Part shown: in pieces, positions 18,992 to 29,078 of the stretch
Layout of the letters: every line of letters begins with the position of its first letter
Numbering within the stretch: the stretch's first letter is position 1
NCBI GenBank assembly: GCA_963832745.1
Contig: CAWHVC010000001.1
Coordinates: forward strand, 256,001-320,000
DNA length: 64,000 nt
Reading direction: 5' to 3'
From: Candidatus Bathyarchaeota archaeon
GTDB taxonomy: Archaea > Thermoproteota > Bathyarchaeia > Bathyarchaeales > Bathycorpusculaceae
Translations under genes and position numbers: made by a program
The notes under the pieces: generated by a model
Told to the model about the DNA's origin: nothing
Databases searched by the model: none
What the model saw: the letters and a program-made list of their open reading frames with translations, nothing else

Positions 18992-20383
18992 CTATTTACG
19001 TTTTTTGAAGACAACACACACAACAGTTACTACAACAATCAAAGCGATAACTCCAATGATTATTGTTTGTAGTTGTGTGAAATCTTGCATCAGTTCGGTT
19101 GTTGGTGTTGGAGTTTCTGTTGGTGTAACTGTTACTGTTGGGGCAACAGTTGATGGGGTTGGTGTTGATTCTGGCGACTCAAACGCGTTGGATATGACAA
19201 GCCAACCGTCTGTTCCTCCTGCACCGTAAGATGCAGTGACTCCGGCAACAGCGTAAACGCCATCTTGAGTCACAGACAGCCATTGGCCTTGGTCAAAATC
19301 GACACCACCGCAGGTTTGGTTCCACTGAATTACACCGTTTGAGTCAGTTTTGACCAGCCAAAAATCTGAAGATCCAGCCGTTCCAAATGAAATGGTTGAA
19401 CCAACTATGGCGTAACCCCCATCAGGTGTAGCAGTTAAAACGTAAGCGATGTCATCTTCAGGTCCACCATATGTCTGGTTCCACAACATATTGCCGCTTG
19501 AATCAATTTTGATTAGCCAGAAATCATTGTGTCCTGCTCCAAAAGACGCTGTGCAACCTGACAGGGTGTAGCTCTCATCTGAGTTTTTGATTATCCACCA
19601 GCCGATATCACTTTCTGAACCGCCAAAGGTTTTACTCCATTGCTCCGTACCGTTAGCGTCCAGTTTGATGACCCACGCGTCAACACTGTCTTCAATGATT
19701 GTTTGACCAGTTAAAGTGTAACCTCCATCTGAAGTCTGAGTGATGCCCCAGAAAATGTCTTCGTTAGCGCCACCGTATGTTTGATTCCATTGCTCAGCGC
19801 CGTTAGCGTCAACCTTGATGAGTAACGCGTCACCAGGAGAAGTTACGTTTTGATAAATGGCGCCAGCCAACGCATAACCCCCGTCAGATGTTGCAACTAT
19901 CACCATTGCATAGTCAGCGTCTGCTAATTTTCCGTATGTTTGATTCCATAAGGCGTTGCCGTTTGCGTCAACTTTAATAAGCCAGACATCAGGGCACTCT
20001 TCCCCGCCTGTACTGTTGTCATAGCAGGTATAGCCGACCAACGCGTAGTTACCGTCTGAAGTTGCAATTATGTTGCAGCCATAATCGGTGTATGGGCCAC
20101 CAAAGGTTTTGTTCCACAGCATAGTTCCGTGGGCATCAACTTTTACCAGCCAGATGTCACTGCTGCCTGCACCATAAGAGCATGTGGATCCAACCATTAA
20201 GTATCCGCCGTCGGTTGCGGCTACAAAGCCGTATGTGTAGTCGTTGGCGGGACCGCCGTAAGTCCAAGAATCCATGCTTGCAGCGTTAACACTGGAAACA
20301 AATGATGGTCCTGTTAGGGTAAAGCAAATTAAAACACAAATTATTAAGGTAATCTTTGAGGTTTTTTGCATGTTATTTCCCAT
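18992..20383 (-). CDS. Secreted, membrane-anchored beta-propeller-like repeat protein
   Basis: Signal peptide; ~7 repeats of TSDGGYALAG...D(A/V)WLIKVDANG..WNQTYGG; PT-rich linker; TM plus KKRK. Confidence 0.85.
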   Translation of the reverse strand: MGNNMQKTSKITLIICVLICFTLTGPSFVSSVNAASMDSWTYGGPANDYTYGFVAATDGGYLMVGSTCSYGAGSSDIWLVKVDAHGTMLWNKTFGGPYTDYGCNIIATSDGNYALVGYTCYDNSTGGEECPDVWLIKVDANGNALWNQTYGKLADADYAMVIVATSDGGYALAGAIYQNVTSPGDALLIKVDANGAEQWNQTYGGANEDIFWGITQTSDGGYTLTGQTIIEDSVDAWVIKLDANGTEQWSKTFGGSESDIGWWIIKNSDESYTLSGCTASFGAGHNDFWLIKIDSSGNMLWNQTYGGPEDDIAYVLTATPDGGYAIVGSTISFGTAGSSDFWLVKTDSNGVIQWNQTCGGVDFDQGQWLSVTQDGVYAVAGVTASYGAGGTDGWLVISNAFESPESTPTPSTVAPTVTVTPTETPTPTTELMQDFTQLQTIIIGVIALIVVVTVVCVVFKKRK

Positions 20384-20515
20384 TTTTTAACTCTATACTG
20401 GAAATAACACGGGCTATCACGGATATTTATCGGCTGTTAACCAGCAGTACAGATTGCCAACCAAAATCAAAAAACAAAATACAATCTTTGTTTGTAGAAT
20501 TTAAAATGAAAATGT

Positions 20516-20635
20516 TTAATCAAAATTTTTTCCAACTAAATGCATAGTTAGCAGCAAAATCCCAACAGCTCCAATAATGAAAACCACTCCAAGGACATTT
20601 TGAAAATTACTAAACCACGCAACCACATCAAACAT
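20516..20635 (-). CDS. Small single-TM protein (39 aa)
   Basis: MFDVVAWFSNFQNVLGVVFIIGAVGILLLTMHLVGKNFD, in an otherwise empty intergenic region. Confidence 0.5.
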   Translation of the reverse strand: MFDVVAWFSNFQNVLGVVFIIGAVGILLLTMHLVGKNFD

Positions 20636-20750
20636 TAACTATTAACCAATAAAAAAACCAAAATGAACAGTATAAGAAATTGTTATAGCATCAAAGCAGT
20701 CACAAATAAGCTTAAACAAACCGACAAAATAATGACTTAGTAGATTGGTG

Positions 20751-20873
20751 ATGAGCAAAAAAACTGATAAAAAATGCGTCGACTGCTCAACGTCTCAGCA
20801 AATAAAATGTTTTGGCATAGAAGAAGTTGGTCATGGAATAAGCAAAAATAGAAAATGCACCAAGCACCGTTAA
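20751..20873 (+). CDS. Small Cys-rich basic protein (40 aa)
   Basis: MSKKTDKKCVDCSTSQQIKCFGIEEVGHGISKNRKCTKHR; TATA-like CTTAAA upstream. Confidence 0.55.
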   Translation: MSKKTDKKCVDCSTSQQIKCFGIEEVGHGISKNRKCTKHR

Positions 20874-20991
20874 GTCACTAGTAGTTGTCATTTTTTATGC
20901 CTTAACGCATGGATTTTTTCTGTAAGTGCTTGAAAAAAAGTTATAAGTTCTTATATCCTTTGACAGAGCTTGGCTCACTTGAGGGGACGTT

Positions 20992-22041
20992 ATGACAGAT
21001 TTACTTAGCTTTGAATTCATCGTTAACATAGTAATCATTGCTGTTGCACTAATTTTCTTGAACCTTTCAAGCGACACTGTTATCAAATACGCCACTAAAG
21101 TGGCAGCCATAAGCAAACTAGGCAAGACCTCTATAGGCTTCACTTTAATTTCTCTGTCAACGACACTGCCCGAATTAACTGTCGCGTTAAGTGCCGCATT
21201 TTCTGGAGGTGCCCCCTTATCAATCGGGAACGCTTTAGGTTCAAACATTTTCAACATTTCAGCCATTCTTGGCATAGGCGCGGTTCTGTTAGCATTAAAC
21301 ATCGGTTACGGAAAGAGAAGAAGAAAGAATTTAGCGGTAACAGACGGAAACATTATCCCCGTTTTCGTAAAATCTGAATTAAGTAACATTGAATTTGGCT
21401 TGTTTATTGCGTCAGTCGTTCCATTGGCGCTTATTTACGTTACGCAAGCAACGTGGCTGGTTGGATTGCTTTTGCTTTTCATTTTCGGCTGGTACATGTA
21501 TCGACTGTCAAAAGTTAGGATAACAACTGAAGAGGCGGAAGTAGAAGTTACCAAAGAAGAAAAAGGCAAACTCAAAAGATTCGTGTTATTCACAATTATC
21601 GGAGCATTAGGCGTAGTAATCAGCGCAAACTTTATGGTTCAATCAGCAATCACCATAGCAACTTCAGCTGGTGTCCCCCAACAAGTTATCGGCGCCACAA
21701 TAGTAGCAATAGGAACAAGTCTGCCTGAATTAACAATAGGCATAAAATCCATCCTGCGTGGTCACTCCAACTTGGCACTTGGCAACATTATCGGCTCAGC
21801 CTTCTTTAACACCACTTTAATCCTTGGTGTAAGCTTGTTTGTGCCAGCCCTGTTGGGTTCACCTTTAGTGTTAAACATGAATGTGTACTTGAACCTGATT
21901 ATCTTCTCGATAGTCATTAACACGTTCTTCTGGTACTTCCTATCAAGAAGAGTAATAGCCCTAAAAGAAGGCCTCGTACTCATAGGAATCTACATCCTGT
22001 TCTTAATCGCCACTTTAGGCGCAGGCGCCCTACCCATTTAG
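20992..22041 (+). CDS. Na+/Ca2+ exchanger (CaCA/YrbG family)
   Basis: Alpha-1 STTLPEL..GSNIFN and alpha-2 GTSLPEL..GNIIGSAFFN repeats. Confidence 0.92.
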   Translation: MTDLLSFEFIVNIVIIAVALIFLNLSSDTVIKYATKVAAISKLGKTSIGFTLISLSTTLPELTVALSAAFSGGAPLSIGNALGSNIFNISAILGIGAVLLALNIGYGKRRRKNLAVTDGNIIPVFVKSELSNIEFGLFIASVVPLALIYVTQATWLVGLLLLFIFGWYMYRLSKVRITTEEAEVEVTKEEKGKLKRFVLFTIIGALGVVISANFMVQSAITIATSAGVPQQVIGATIVAIGTSLPELTIGIKSILRGHSNLALGNIIGSAFFNTTLILGVSLFVPALLGSPLVLNMNVYLNLIIFSIVINTFFWYFLSRRVIALKEGLVLIGIYILFLIATLGAGALPI

Positions 22042-22166
22042 AAAACTAAACTGGCAAAAAACCAGCACCCATTTAATTTTTTTCCAAACAAAGGTTTTTA
22101 GCCCTAAAGCAAAGCGGTAAGCGTTTATACCATACTGTTGTCAATGTTCTGTAGCATATTTTAGAA

Positions 22167-22487
22167 ATGTTTGGAGGTGGACACGCTAAAATGCTAACAT
22201 ACATAATTTTAATGAAAGGCACTCAAAAAGGAATGGCTAACCCAAAAACTTTAGCAACAGACATTCAAGCAGCTGCTGAAACTCTCAAGAGGTTTGGAGG
22301 AAAACAATTAGACTGGAACCTGACAATGGGGCCATATGACGCCGTCGCAAAAGTGGAATTCTCAGATGAACAATCCGCTGCTGCTTTTCTTTTAGCTGTT
22401 GCCGCAACAGGAAACCAAGAAACCATAACAATGAGAGCATTTGGTCTTGCCGAAGTAAAACAGATAACTGAAAAAATTTTTCCATAA
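22167..22487 (+). CDS. GYD-domain protein (start probably 22191)
   Basis: TMGPYDAVAKVEF..., GNQETITMRAF; SD GGAGGTG precedes MLTY. Confidence 0.85.
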   Translation: MFGGGHAKMLTYIILMKGTQKGMANPKTLATDIQAAAETLKRFGGKQLDWNLTMGPYDAVAKVEFSDEQSAAAFLLAVAATGNQETITMRAFGLAEVKQITEKIFP

Positions 22488-22541
22488 TTTTTTTATTAAA
22501 TCAAAATTAAAAAAGAAATATCCCTTAAAAAAGGGTCGGTT

Positions 22542-23204
22542 TTATGCTTCTAGGCTTTCTCGCTTATTCACGCCATAACCCGAATTGATTTCAGGTAAGC
22601 GGTCTTTCAGTTTGCTTTCCGCGGCAATTTCAGCTTCTTCAAGAATTTTAAGTGCTTCTTCGTTTGCTGCTTGAGCACCTACGTTGGAGACGTCTGTGTA
22701 CTCGTTACTTGTTGTAGAGCATATTTCTGTTAGCAGGTTGCCGATGTTGCCTAGTTCTTGGCTTGCTTCAGGCATGATACCGCACATTTCTGAACGGACA
22801 CCATTTAGCATGGTTTTTGCTGGGCTCAAAATGGACACTAAATCGCCCATTTCTGAAACAGTGTTCAAACGCATGGAGACGCTTTGCAGTGCCAACGAGG
22901 CGTGTGAAAGCATTTTCTCGACTTTACGGATTTCGCCTAGTTCAGTAGCCAAAATGTTTGCTCGTGCCTGATCCCGTACTTCCATTGCACGCACGACGCG
23001 TTGGAAAACTTCAGCGTCACGCATTTCAAAACGTTTAACTGCTGCATCAAGCGTGCGGGTTTGTGCATCGAGCCGTTGGGTAACCAGACTAATCTGTTCT
23101 TTTACGTTTTCTTGCGGTTTTGTCGCGTTTTTAATTTTTGATACAACCGATTCTTTTTCTTCTTGCTTCCACTTAAAACGATTACCCAAACTTGCATTCT
23201 CCAT
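22542..23204 (-). CDS. ESCRT-III / CdvB-family (Snf7) protein
   Basis: Coiled-coil core RDAEVFQRVV..ANILATELGEIRK..LALQSVSMRLNTVSEMGD..MPEAS..EEALKILEEA..LPE, typical of TACK CdvB1/2 paralogs. Confidence 0.88.
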   Translation of the reverse strand: MENASLGNRFKWKQEEKESVVSKIKNATKPQENVKEQISLVTQRLDAQTRTLDAAVKRFEMRDAEVFQRVVRAMEVRDQARANILATELGEIRKVEKMLSHASLALQSVSMRLNTVSEMGDLVSILSPAKTMLNGVRSEMCGIMPEASQELGNIGNLLTEICSTTSNEYTDVSNVGAQAANEEALKILEEAEIAAESKLKDRLPEINSGYGVNKRESLEA

Positions 23205-23517
23205 CTGTGCTTTAGTTCATGTGAGACAAGTTAACATAAAAGAGTGTTCGCCATGTTAGGCTAAAAGTTGTCGTCTGCTTGCTTGCTTTTTTTAATTTAA
23301 TGTATAAATTTTTATGTTGATAATGCCTTTGAGGACAAGGTCCGGTTGGGAAATGCAGGGAGAATTTAACAGGTTTAATCGTTTGTAGCTTATATAGTGC
23401 CGCGGAATCTTTGCGAAAAAACATGGTAAAACATAATTTACATGTTCGGTAATAAGTTATTTTTTGATTTTGAAGGGTTATATAATGTTAAAAAAGTGGT
23501 TAAGAGTTATTTTACTC

Positions 23518-24870
23518 CTAACTCTTTGATTGTACTTTGGGGTTTCTCTTTTTAAAAAGTACTGTAACGGCTGCGACTAAAGCGATGATTACTGCTACAA
23601 GTGCACCAATTATTAGCGTTGTATCAATCGGCAAGCCAGTTGATTGCGTTGGAGTCTCGTTTAAGCCTATGACCAGGTTATGTGAACTTTGATGGTAAGT
23701 AAAAGAAAGTGACCATGAATCTGACTGTGATGCTGAATTATAGTTTACCTCGTTTCCATCAAGGAAAACACCTATTGTTGAAATGTCAGCGACTAAAGAT
23801 TTCGGAATTATTACGTTAACATAGCCTGTCGAGCCTGAGGGTCCATCTGTGCTAAAGCTTAAACTTTTAGCTTCTGAATCAAACGACAAGCCAGAGAGTG
23901 TCGAATTTGAAGTTACTGAGAAAACGCTTTGGTCTTCAAAGGGTGTTATGGCAAAATTGACTGTTTCTGATGTACTGCTGTATTCAGAGTTGCCAGTCCA
24001 AACTGCTTTCAGTACATAGTTACCAGTGACAGAGGGTTTCCATGAAACAGAAAATGTGCCACTTGAGTCTGTGTTTACAAATGACAGTACATCCCAAGAA
24101 TCACCGCCTGTTACGCTAAGATAAAGCAGTATGCCCGCGTTTGGAATACTTGTACCTCCTGCGGTTAAGAGACCATTGATTTTCACATTAAAGCCATCGT
24201 ATGTTGAGGAACTTTGGCAGGAAACTGTTAAGTCACCTTGAGGCAACGGGGCTGGTGTCGAAGTTGGGGTTGGGGTTTGTGTTGGGTTCTCAGTAGGTGC
24301 TGCTGTGGCGTTTGGCGTTTCGCCTCCAGAGTAAGCGCTTAGTTTCCTGTTGCCACTCATTTGCACGCTAAGTGTGGTACTTGATCCCGCATATACTCCG
24401 TCTAGGTACCACCCGTTGAAAGTGTAGCCAGAATTTGGCTGAATTGTAACTTGAACATTATTTCCAAATGGATAATATAATGTTCCAGGAGGCGGATTTG
24501 TTATTCCAGCGTCTGACGGGTTAACTGTTACTTCTAATGATACTGCTTGTTGGCTGAATGTTGCGGTTAGTGTATTGTCATGAAGCATGGTTACTGTTAT
24601 TGTTGTTAGTTTGTTTTGGTAGACGCCGTTTAGGTACCAACCGCTAAACACATAACCCGAATTTGGTGTTGCCGTCACTTGATATGACAGGCCATAGTCA
24701 ATTTGTATAACGCCAGACCCAGGGTTAGTGTAGCCGCCCATTTGATTGTTGTTAGTAATTGTTAAACGGTACAAGTAAGGATATTGAGCATTAACTGTAG
24801 CGGCTTGCAAAATAACGCCGCATAATAATATTAAAGTTAATAATGTAATTGAAACAACTTTGTTTTTCAT
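23518..24870 (-). CDS. Cell-surface protein with InlB B-repeat-like (Flg_new) domains
   Basis: Two ATPNSGY.F.GWYL.G repeats, PT linker, Ig-like domains, C-terminal TM plus KKR. Confidence 0.8.
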   Translation of the reverse strand: MKNKVVSITLLTLILLCGVILQAATVNAQYPYLYRLTITNNNQMGGYTNPGSGVIQIDYGLSYQVTATPNSGYVFSGWYLNGVYQNKLTTITVTMLHDNTLTATFSQQAVSLEVTVNPSDAGITNPPPGTLYYPFGNNVQVTIQPNSGYTFNGWYLDGVYAGSSTTLSVQMSGNRKLSAYSGGETPNATAAPTENPTQTPTPTSTPAPLPQGDLTVSCQSSSTYDGFNVKINGLLTAGGTSIPNAGILLYLSVTGGDSWDVLSFVNTDSSGTFSVSWKPSVTGNYVLKAVWTGNSEYSSTSETVNFAITPFEDQSVFSVTSNSTLSGLSFDSEAKSLSFSTDGPSGSTGYVNVIIPKSLVADISTIGVFLDGNEVNYNSASQSDSWSLSFTYHQSSHNLVIGLNETPTQSTGLPIDTTLIIGALVAVIIALVAAVTVLFKKRNPKVQSKS

Positions 24871-25051
24871 TTTTTCTTCCCCTTAATATTATTTCGAGGG
24901 CATGAACATATAAGCTTATCCAGCAAACATCCAACCGCTAAAAAATAGCAGCGCGGTCAAACGAGGCTAAAGTTAATGATGTTTAACTACAACTTGTATG
25001 CAAGTATAGCACACGACACACCGCAATAATATGTAGCATGGAGAAAATCGA

Positions 25052-27244
25052 GTGGTTGAAAAACAACTAAAAAAAGCATTGTTGACAACTGCATTCACGA
25101 TAGCCTTTGCTTACCGGTTTATACTACTAACTTGGCAAACATTTCCGCCTGGTTCCGATATTGGGTTACATGAAAGTGTCATTAAAACAATCACTTCAAC
25201 AAAAACAGATTTCTTCGCAAACTATTATCACATGGGTGGTGGAACCTCAGCAACTAACCCTGGGTATCATATTTTTGTTGCCACTCTTATTGCAGTAACT
25301 GGACTGCCGGATTATACTGCCCAAGCCATAATTGCAGCCATGTTCTCCTCAATCACAATAGTGTGCATTTTTCTAATTGTTAAAATCGCTTGGAACCAAA
25401 ACGCGGCGTACATTGCCGCTTTCTTAGCTATCTTTTCCGCTGGGGATATAGCTATGCTAAGCTGGGGCGGCTACCCAAACATTATGGCGCTTATGCTCAT
25501 ACCACTGGTTTTCTTTTTGTTTCTTCAAAAAGACAGGTTTTCCCATTCAACTTTTTTTGGAGCCACTTCTTTGTTGATTGGGAGCCTGTTTCTAACCCAC
25601 TTTTTCAGTAGTCTAATTTTTGTTGCGATTACTGTTCTTTTCATAATTTTTTGTTTGCTTTTTTTCAAAAAAACTGGATTTACAAGAAAAGCTGCTCTTT
25701 CATGGGTATCTTCAATAATCATAGGTGCCTTGCTGGTTTCGCCTTACTTGTACAATATTGTTCCAACTTATTTTGGAGCAGGAGGCACAATCATGGGAGC
25801 AAGCTTAGAAACAAATCAAGCGTTACTTGAAACAAGAGCAGTTTCAACAAGCATTTTAGTTATAAGTGTCATATGCGGCTTAACCTTTTTTGCGCTTTCA
25901 AAATTCTACAAAAACAAAACCCTCACTGTTCCAGCGTTTCTCTTTGCAACATGGCTCATAGCCCCCGCAATCATGACTCAAACCTACCTTGTTGGTTTGT
26001 TCGTTGATTACGAACGGTTTCTGTATTTTCTTTACTTACCCCTAATTGTATGTGCAGCTTTACTTGCAATGTTGCTTTTCGCGAAATTGCCAAAATTCAC
26101 CAACCACCTTCAATTCACTATAGAAAGAGTAGGCTTAATCAAACAGTCTAAAGGGCTTCAGAAAACCTTTTTGGTGTTATTTTGCGTGTTGCTGACTTTT
26201 GCGCTTTTCGCCACTCCACTGTTGTCTTCTCCCTTGGAAGGCTTTGACGAAGCAAAGTATTATCAGGTTATGACGCCACTCAAGTACGATGCGATACAAT
26301 GGATAAAAAACAACACGTCAGCGAACGAGATTTTTGTTGCCGATTCAGATTTTGGATGGTGGGTTTCAGGTTTTGCACAAAGACCCACCTTAAGTGCTGT
26401 TGACCCGCAATTTTTGATTCTTGCTCACGAGATTGAACCTGCAAAAGCGGCAAAAAATCTCTTATCAACGGATTATTTGATTGACAATGGAATCATCCAA
26501 ATTAACTATGTTGATAATAGCACAAATAGCATTGTTCTTTGCGCAAGAATTGGTAACTCCTATGTTCTGCATCCATTCTTTTTTGTTAAGGAAGAAAACA
26601 TCAGCTTGCTTTACAGAATAAATAATCAACCCTGCTACGTGAGCCTAAATGATTTGCCAACAAGCAACATCGAAGTTAACAACGGGTCAAACTGGGCCTC
26701 TTTTGCAGTCACAAAAGAGAACGAGCAGGTTTCTGTTTCAGAGGTTATTTTTGTCCAAGAAGCCTCGAACATCGCCAAAATCACTTTTGTTATTCAAGGT
26801 AAAAGTGAAGCTTTATACTTTGATTGGTTAACTATTCCATTCATCTCTAACGGAGCGCCAACAAACTATCAGGGCATCATAAACTTTGTAGACCAAAGCA
26901 CACAAGCCAACATTTCTATTGTCTTTTCACAAAACCCTCCTTCCAACACTGTAAGCTTTACGGAAAACTCTGATTTTTATGAGTTGATAATAAACAATAA
27001 GGGCTCTTCGTCGTTGCAGTTAGAGTTTTCTGTAGGTTTACAACAAGATAGCCCTGTAAGTATGCAAAACATGGCAAAACAAGGTATTATGAGTTTTGAT
27101 TATAGAAAAGTTATCTGTGCTTGGAACGTTTCTTATGTTATTGTTACAGACAAATTGATGTTTAACAGATTTGCTGATCATCAACTTTTCCATTTAGAGT
27201 ACCAAAATCCTGAAGTGCAAATATACAAGATAGAGTTAGGTTAA
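25052..27244 (+). CDS. GT-C-fold membrane glycosyltransferase-like protein
   Basis: ~12 TM helices with PPGSDIGLH in the first loop, NPGYH, WGGYPN, THFFS, ERFLY; soluble C-terminal domain with AIQWIKNNT...DFGWW. Confidence 0.7.
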   Translation: MVEKQLKKALLTTAFTIAFAYRFILLTWQTFPPGSDIGLHESVIKTITSTKTDFFANYYHMGGGTSATNPGYHIFVATLIAVTGLPDYTAQAIIAAMFSSITIVCIFLIVKIAWNQNAAYIAAFLAIFSAGDIAMLSWGGYPNIMALMLIPLVFFLFLQKDRFSHSTFFGATSLLIGSLFLTHFFSSLIFVAITVLFIIFCLLFFKKTGFTRKAALSWVSSIIIGALLVSPYLYNIVPTYFGAGGTIMGASLETNQALLETRAVSTSILVISVICGLTFFALSKFYKNKTLTVPAFLFATWLIAPAIMTQTYLVGLFVDYERFLYFLYLPLIVCAALLAMLLFAKLPKFTNHLQFTIERVGLIKQSKGLQKTFLVLFCVLLTFALFATPLLSSPLEGFDEAKYYQVMTPLKYDAIQWIKNNTSANEIFVADSDFGWWVSGFAQRPTLSAVDPQFLILAHEIEPAKAAKNLLSTDYLIDNGIIQINYVDNSTNSIVLCARIGNSYVLHPFFFVKEENISLLYRINNQPCYVSLNDLPTSNIEVNNGSNWASFAVTKENEQVSVSEVIFVQEASNIAKITFVIQGKSEALYFDWLTIPFISNGAPTNYQGIINFVDQSTQANISIVFSQNPPSNTVSFTENSDFYELIINNKGSSSLQLEFSVGLQQDSPVSMQNMAKQGIMSFDYRKVICAWNVSYVIVTDKLMFNRFADHQLFHLEYQNPEVQIYKIELG

Positions 27245-27541
27245 TGTTGTGGTTAGAATTAGGGTAATGTTCCAGATTGTTGGCGAGAAACTAAAGATTA
27301 TGACGCCTGCTTCGCATATTTGTCGAGTCTTTTTTGGGAAGATTGTGACTTTGCGGATAGCAAAAACGTACAGTATCAAGATTAGTTCAGTTAGGAATGG
27401 CGTGAAGTTTGGGTTTCCTTCTACTAAACCAAACAGTCTAATACCCAAAAGTGATGTGGCTAAATCGGTTATTCCAGCCAAGGACAACATCAGGTATGGG
27501 CTTAAACTTTTCAGTAATGAAATTTGCAGTAAAGTTTTCAC
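27236..27541 (-). CDS. DUF5658-like membrane protein
   Basis: DLATSLLGIRLFGLVEGNP motif; paralog of 58243..58599. Confidence 0.65.
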   Translation of the reverse strand: MKTLLQISLLKSLSPYLMLSLAGITDLATSLLGIRLFGLVEGNPNFTPFLTELILILYVFAIRKVTIFPKKTRQICEAGVIIFSFSPTIWNITLILTTTLT

Positions 27542-27752
27542 TGCTTGCCTTCTCCTTCTTCTCGAACATTCTTCTGGTTAATGAGACTATTAGATGTTTA
27601 TAGAAGCCACCTATAGAAAACAATTATAGAACATTTTGCAAAAGATGAGTTTATCATTGGAATACGGTGTTTGTCATAAATGCTACACCTGACGACTAAA
27701 AACCGTCATACGCCATGTTTGTGATGGAAACAATTTATCAAGATGAGAATCT

Positions 27753-27953
27753 ATGGCAGGCAGAATCAAACAGACCTTAGACAAGCTAATACAGACAAGA
27801 AGCAAAGGAAACCCAACACTTGTTAACACAACTATCACCAAACTAATGCTAAAAGGCATAGACTACAGCAAATACACAGCAACCAGCGAAGATGACCCTG
27901 TAATGCTTGAAAAAATTGCGGCAGCCGCTAAAGAAATGGGAATACAAATTTAA
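27753..27953 (+). CDS. Conserved 66-aa hypothetical protein
   Basis: MAGRIKQTLDKLIQTRSKGNPTLVNTTITKLMLKGID; lies 13 nt upstream of the FIST gene. Confidence 0.8.
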   Translation: MAGRIKQTLDKLIQTRSKGNPTLVNTTITKLMLKGIDYSKYTATSEDDPVMLEKIAAAAKEMGIQI

Positions 27954-27966
27954 AAAGTGACCCTTT

Positions 27967-29070
27967 ATGGTAGCACAAACAGCATACTCAACAAAAGAAA
28001 ACCTTAAAGAAACCCTTGAAGAAATTCAAAAAAAATTCACCAAAATCACACCCAACACAATCCTGTTTTTCGCATCCTCAAAATATGACATTGACCAACT
28101 AGGGAAAGCATTGCAAAAAGTCTATGAAGACGCAAAAGTCTTCGGATGCTCAACTGCAGGCGAAATCGTCACAGGCAAAATGCTCAAAAACTCCGTTGTA
28201 GCCATGGCTTTTGACAAAAACTCTATTGCTGACATCGACATAGCTGTCGTTGAACACGTGAAAAAAGAAAACAACGTCAAAGTAGCGCTGGCACAGTTTG
28301 AAAACCATTATAAGCAAAAACTCGGTGCTTTAAGCATTGACGAATATGTCGGCATCATCCTTATTGATGGCCTAAGCGGTGCAGAAGAAAAAATCATGGA
28401 CACCATCGGCAACTTGACCGACATAATCTTCATCGGCGGTTCAGCAGGAGACGACCTAAAGTTCAAAGCAACACACGTTTTTGCTAACGGAAAAGCCTAC
28501 AGCGACGCGGCAGTATTTGCACTGTTAAAACCTACAAAAGGCTATGAAATCCTGAAAACTCAAAGCTTCAAAGTCCTAGATACCAAACTCGTCGCAGACA
28601 AAGTAAACGAAGCCAACCGTGAAGTCCTATGTTTCAACAACATGCCCGCAGTTGAAGCATACGCAAAAGCAGCCAAAACAACCCCGCAAGCAGCGCAAGA
28701 CAGCTTCATGAAGCATCCAGTAGGCCTCGTAATCAACAAAGAACCTTATGTCCGCAGTCCACAACAAGTTAAAGACAACAGCATGATTTTCTACTGTAAC
28801 ATCAAAGAAGGCGCAGAACTAGCATTGCTCGAATCAACAGACATTGTCAAAGACACTGAAAAAGCCTTAAACGAAATCATAACCGAATGCGGTGGCGCTG
28901 CAGTAATCAACTTTAACTGCATCTTGCGAACACTCGAGTTGGAGCAGAAGAAGCAGACAGAAGCGTACGGCAAAATCTTTACCAAAGCCCCAACCGTTGG
29001 GTTTAGCACTTACGGCGAAGAATACCTTGGGCACATAAACCAAACCGCAACAATGCTCATCATCAAATGA
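27967..29070 (+). CDS. Stand-alone FIST-domain (NosP-like) sensory protein
   Basis: FGCSTAGEI, GGSAGDD, NCILR, GFSTYGE, GHINQT. Confidence 0.9.
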   Translation: MVAQTAYSTKENLKETLEEIQKKFTKITPNTILFFASSKYDIDQLGKALQKVYEDAKVFGCSTAGEIVTGKMLKNSVVAMAFDKNSIADIDIAVVEHVKKENNVKVALAQFENHYKQKLGALSIDEYVGIILIDGLSGAEEKIMDTIGNLTDIIFIGGSAGDDLKFKATHVFANGKAYSDAAVFALLKPTKGYEILKTQSFKVLDTKLVADKVNEANREVLCFNNMPAVEAYAKAAKTTPQAAQDSFMKHPVGLVINKEPYVRSPQQVKDNSMIFYCNIKEGAELALLESTDIVKDTEKALNEIITECGGAAVINFNCILRTLELEQKKQTEAYGKIFTKAPTVGFSTYGEEYLGHINQTATMLIIK

Positions 29071-29078
29071 GCAAAATT

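Noticed and set aside
19070-19170. GTTGGTGTTGG-like tandem repeats (also ~24250-24320, ~36000-36170, ~58900)
   Set aside because: They simply encode Pro/Thr linkers of surface proteins.
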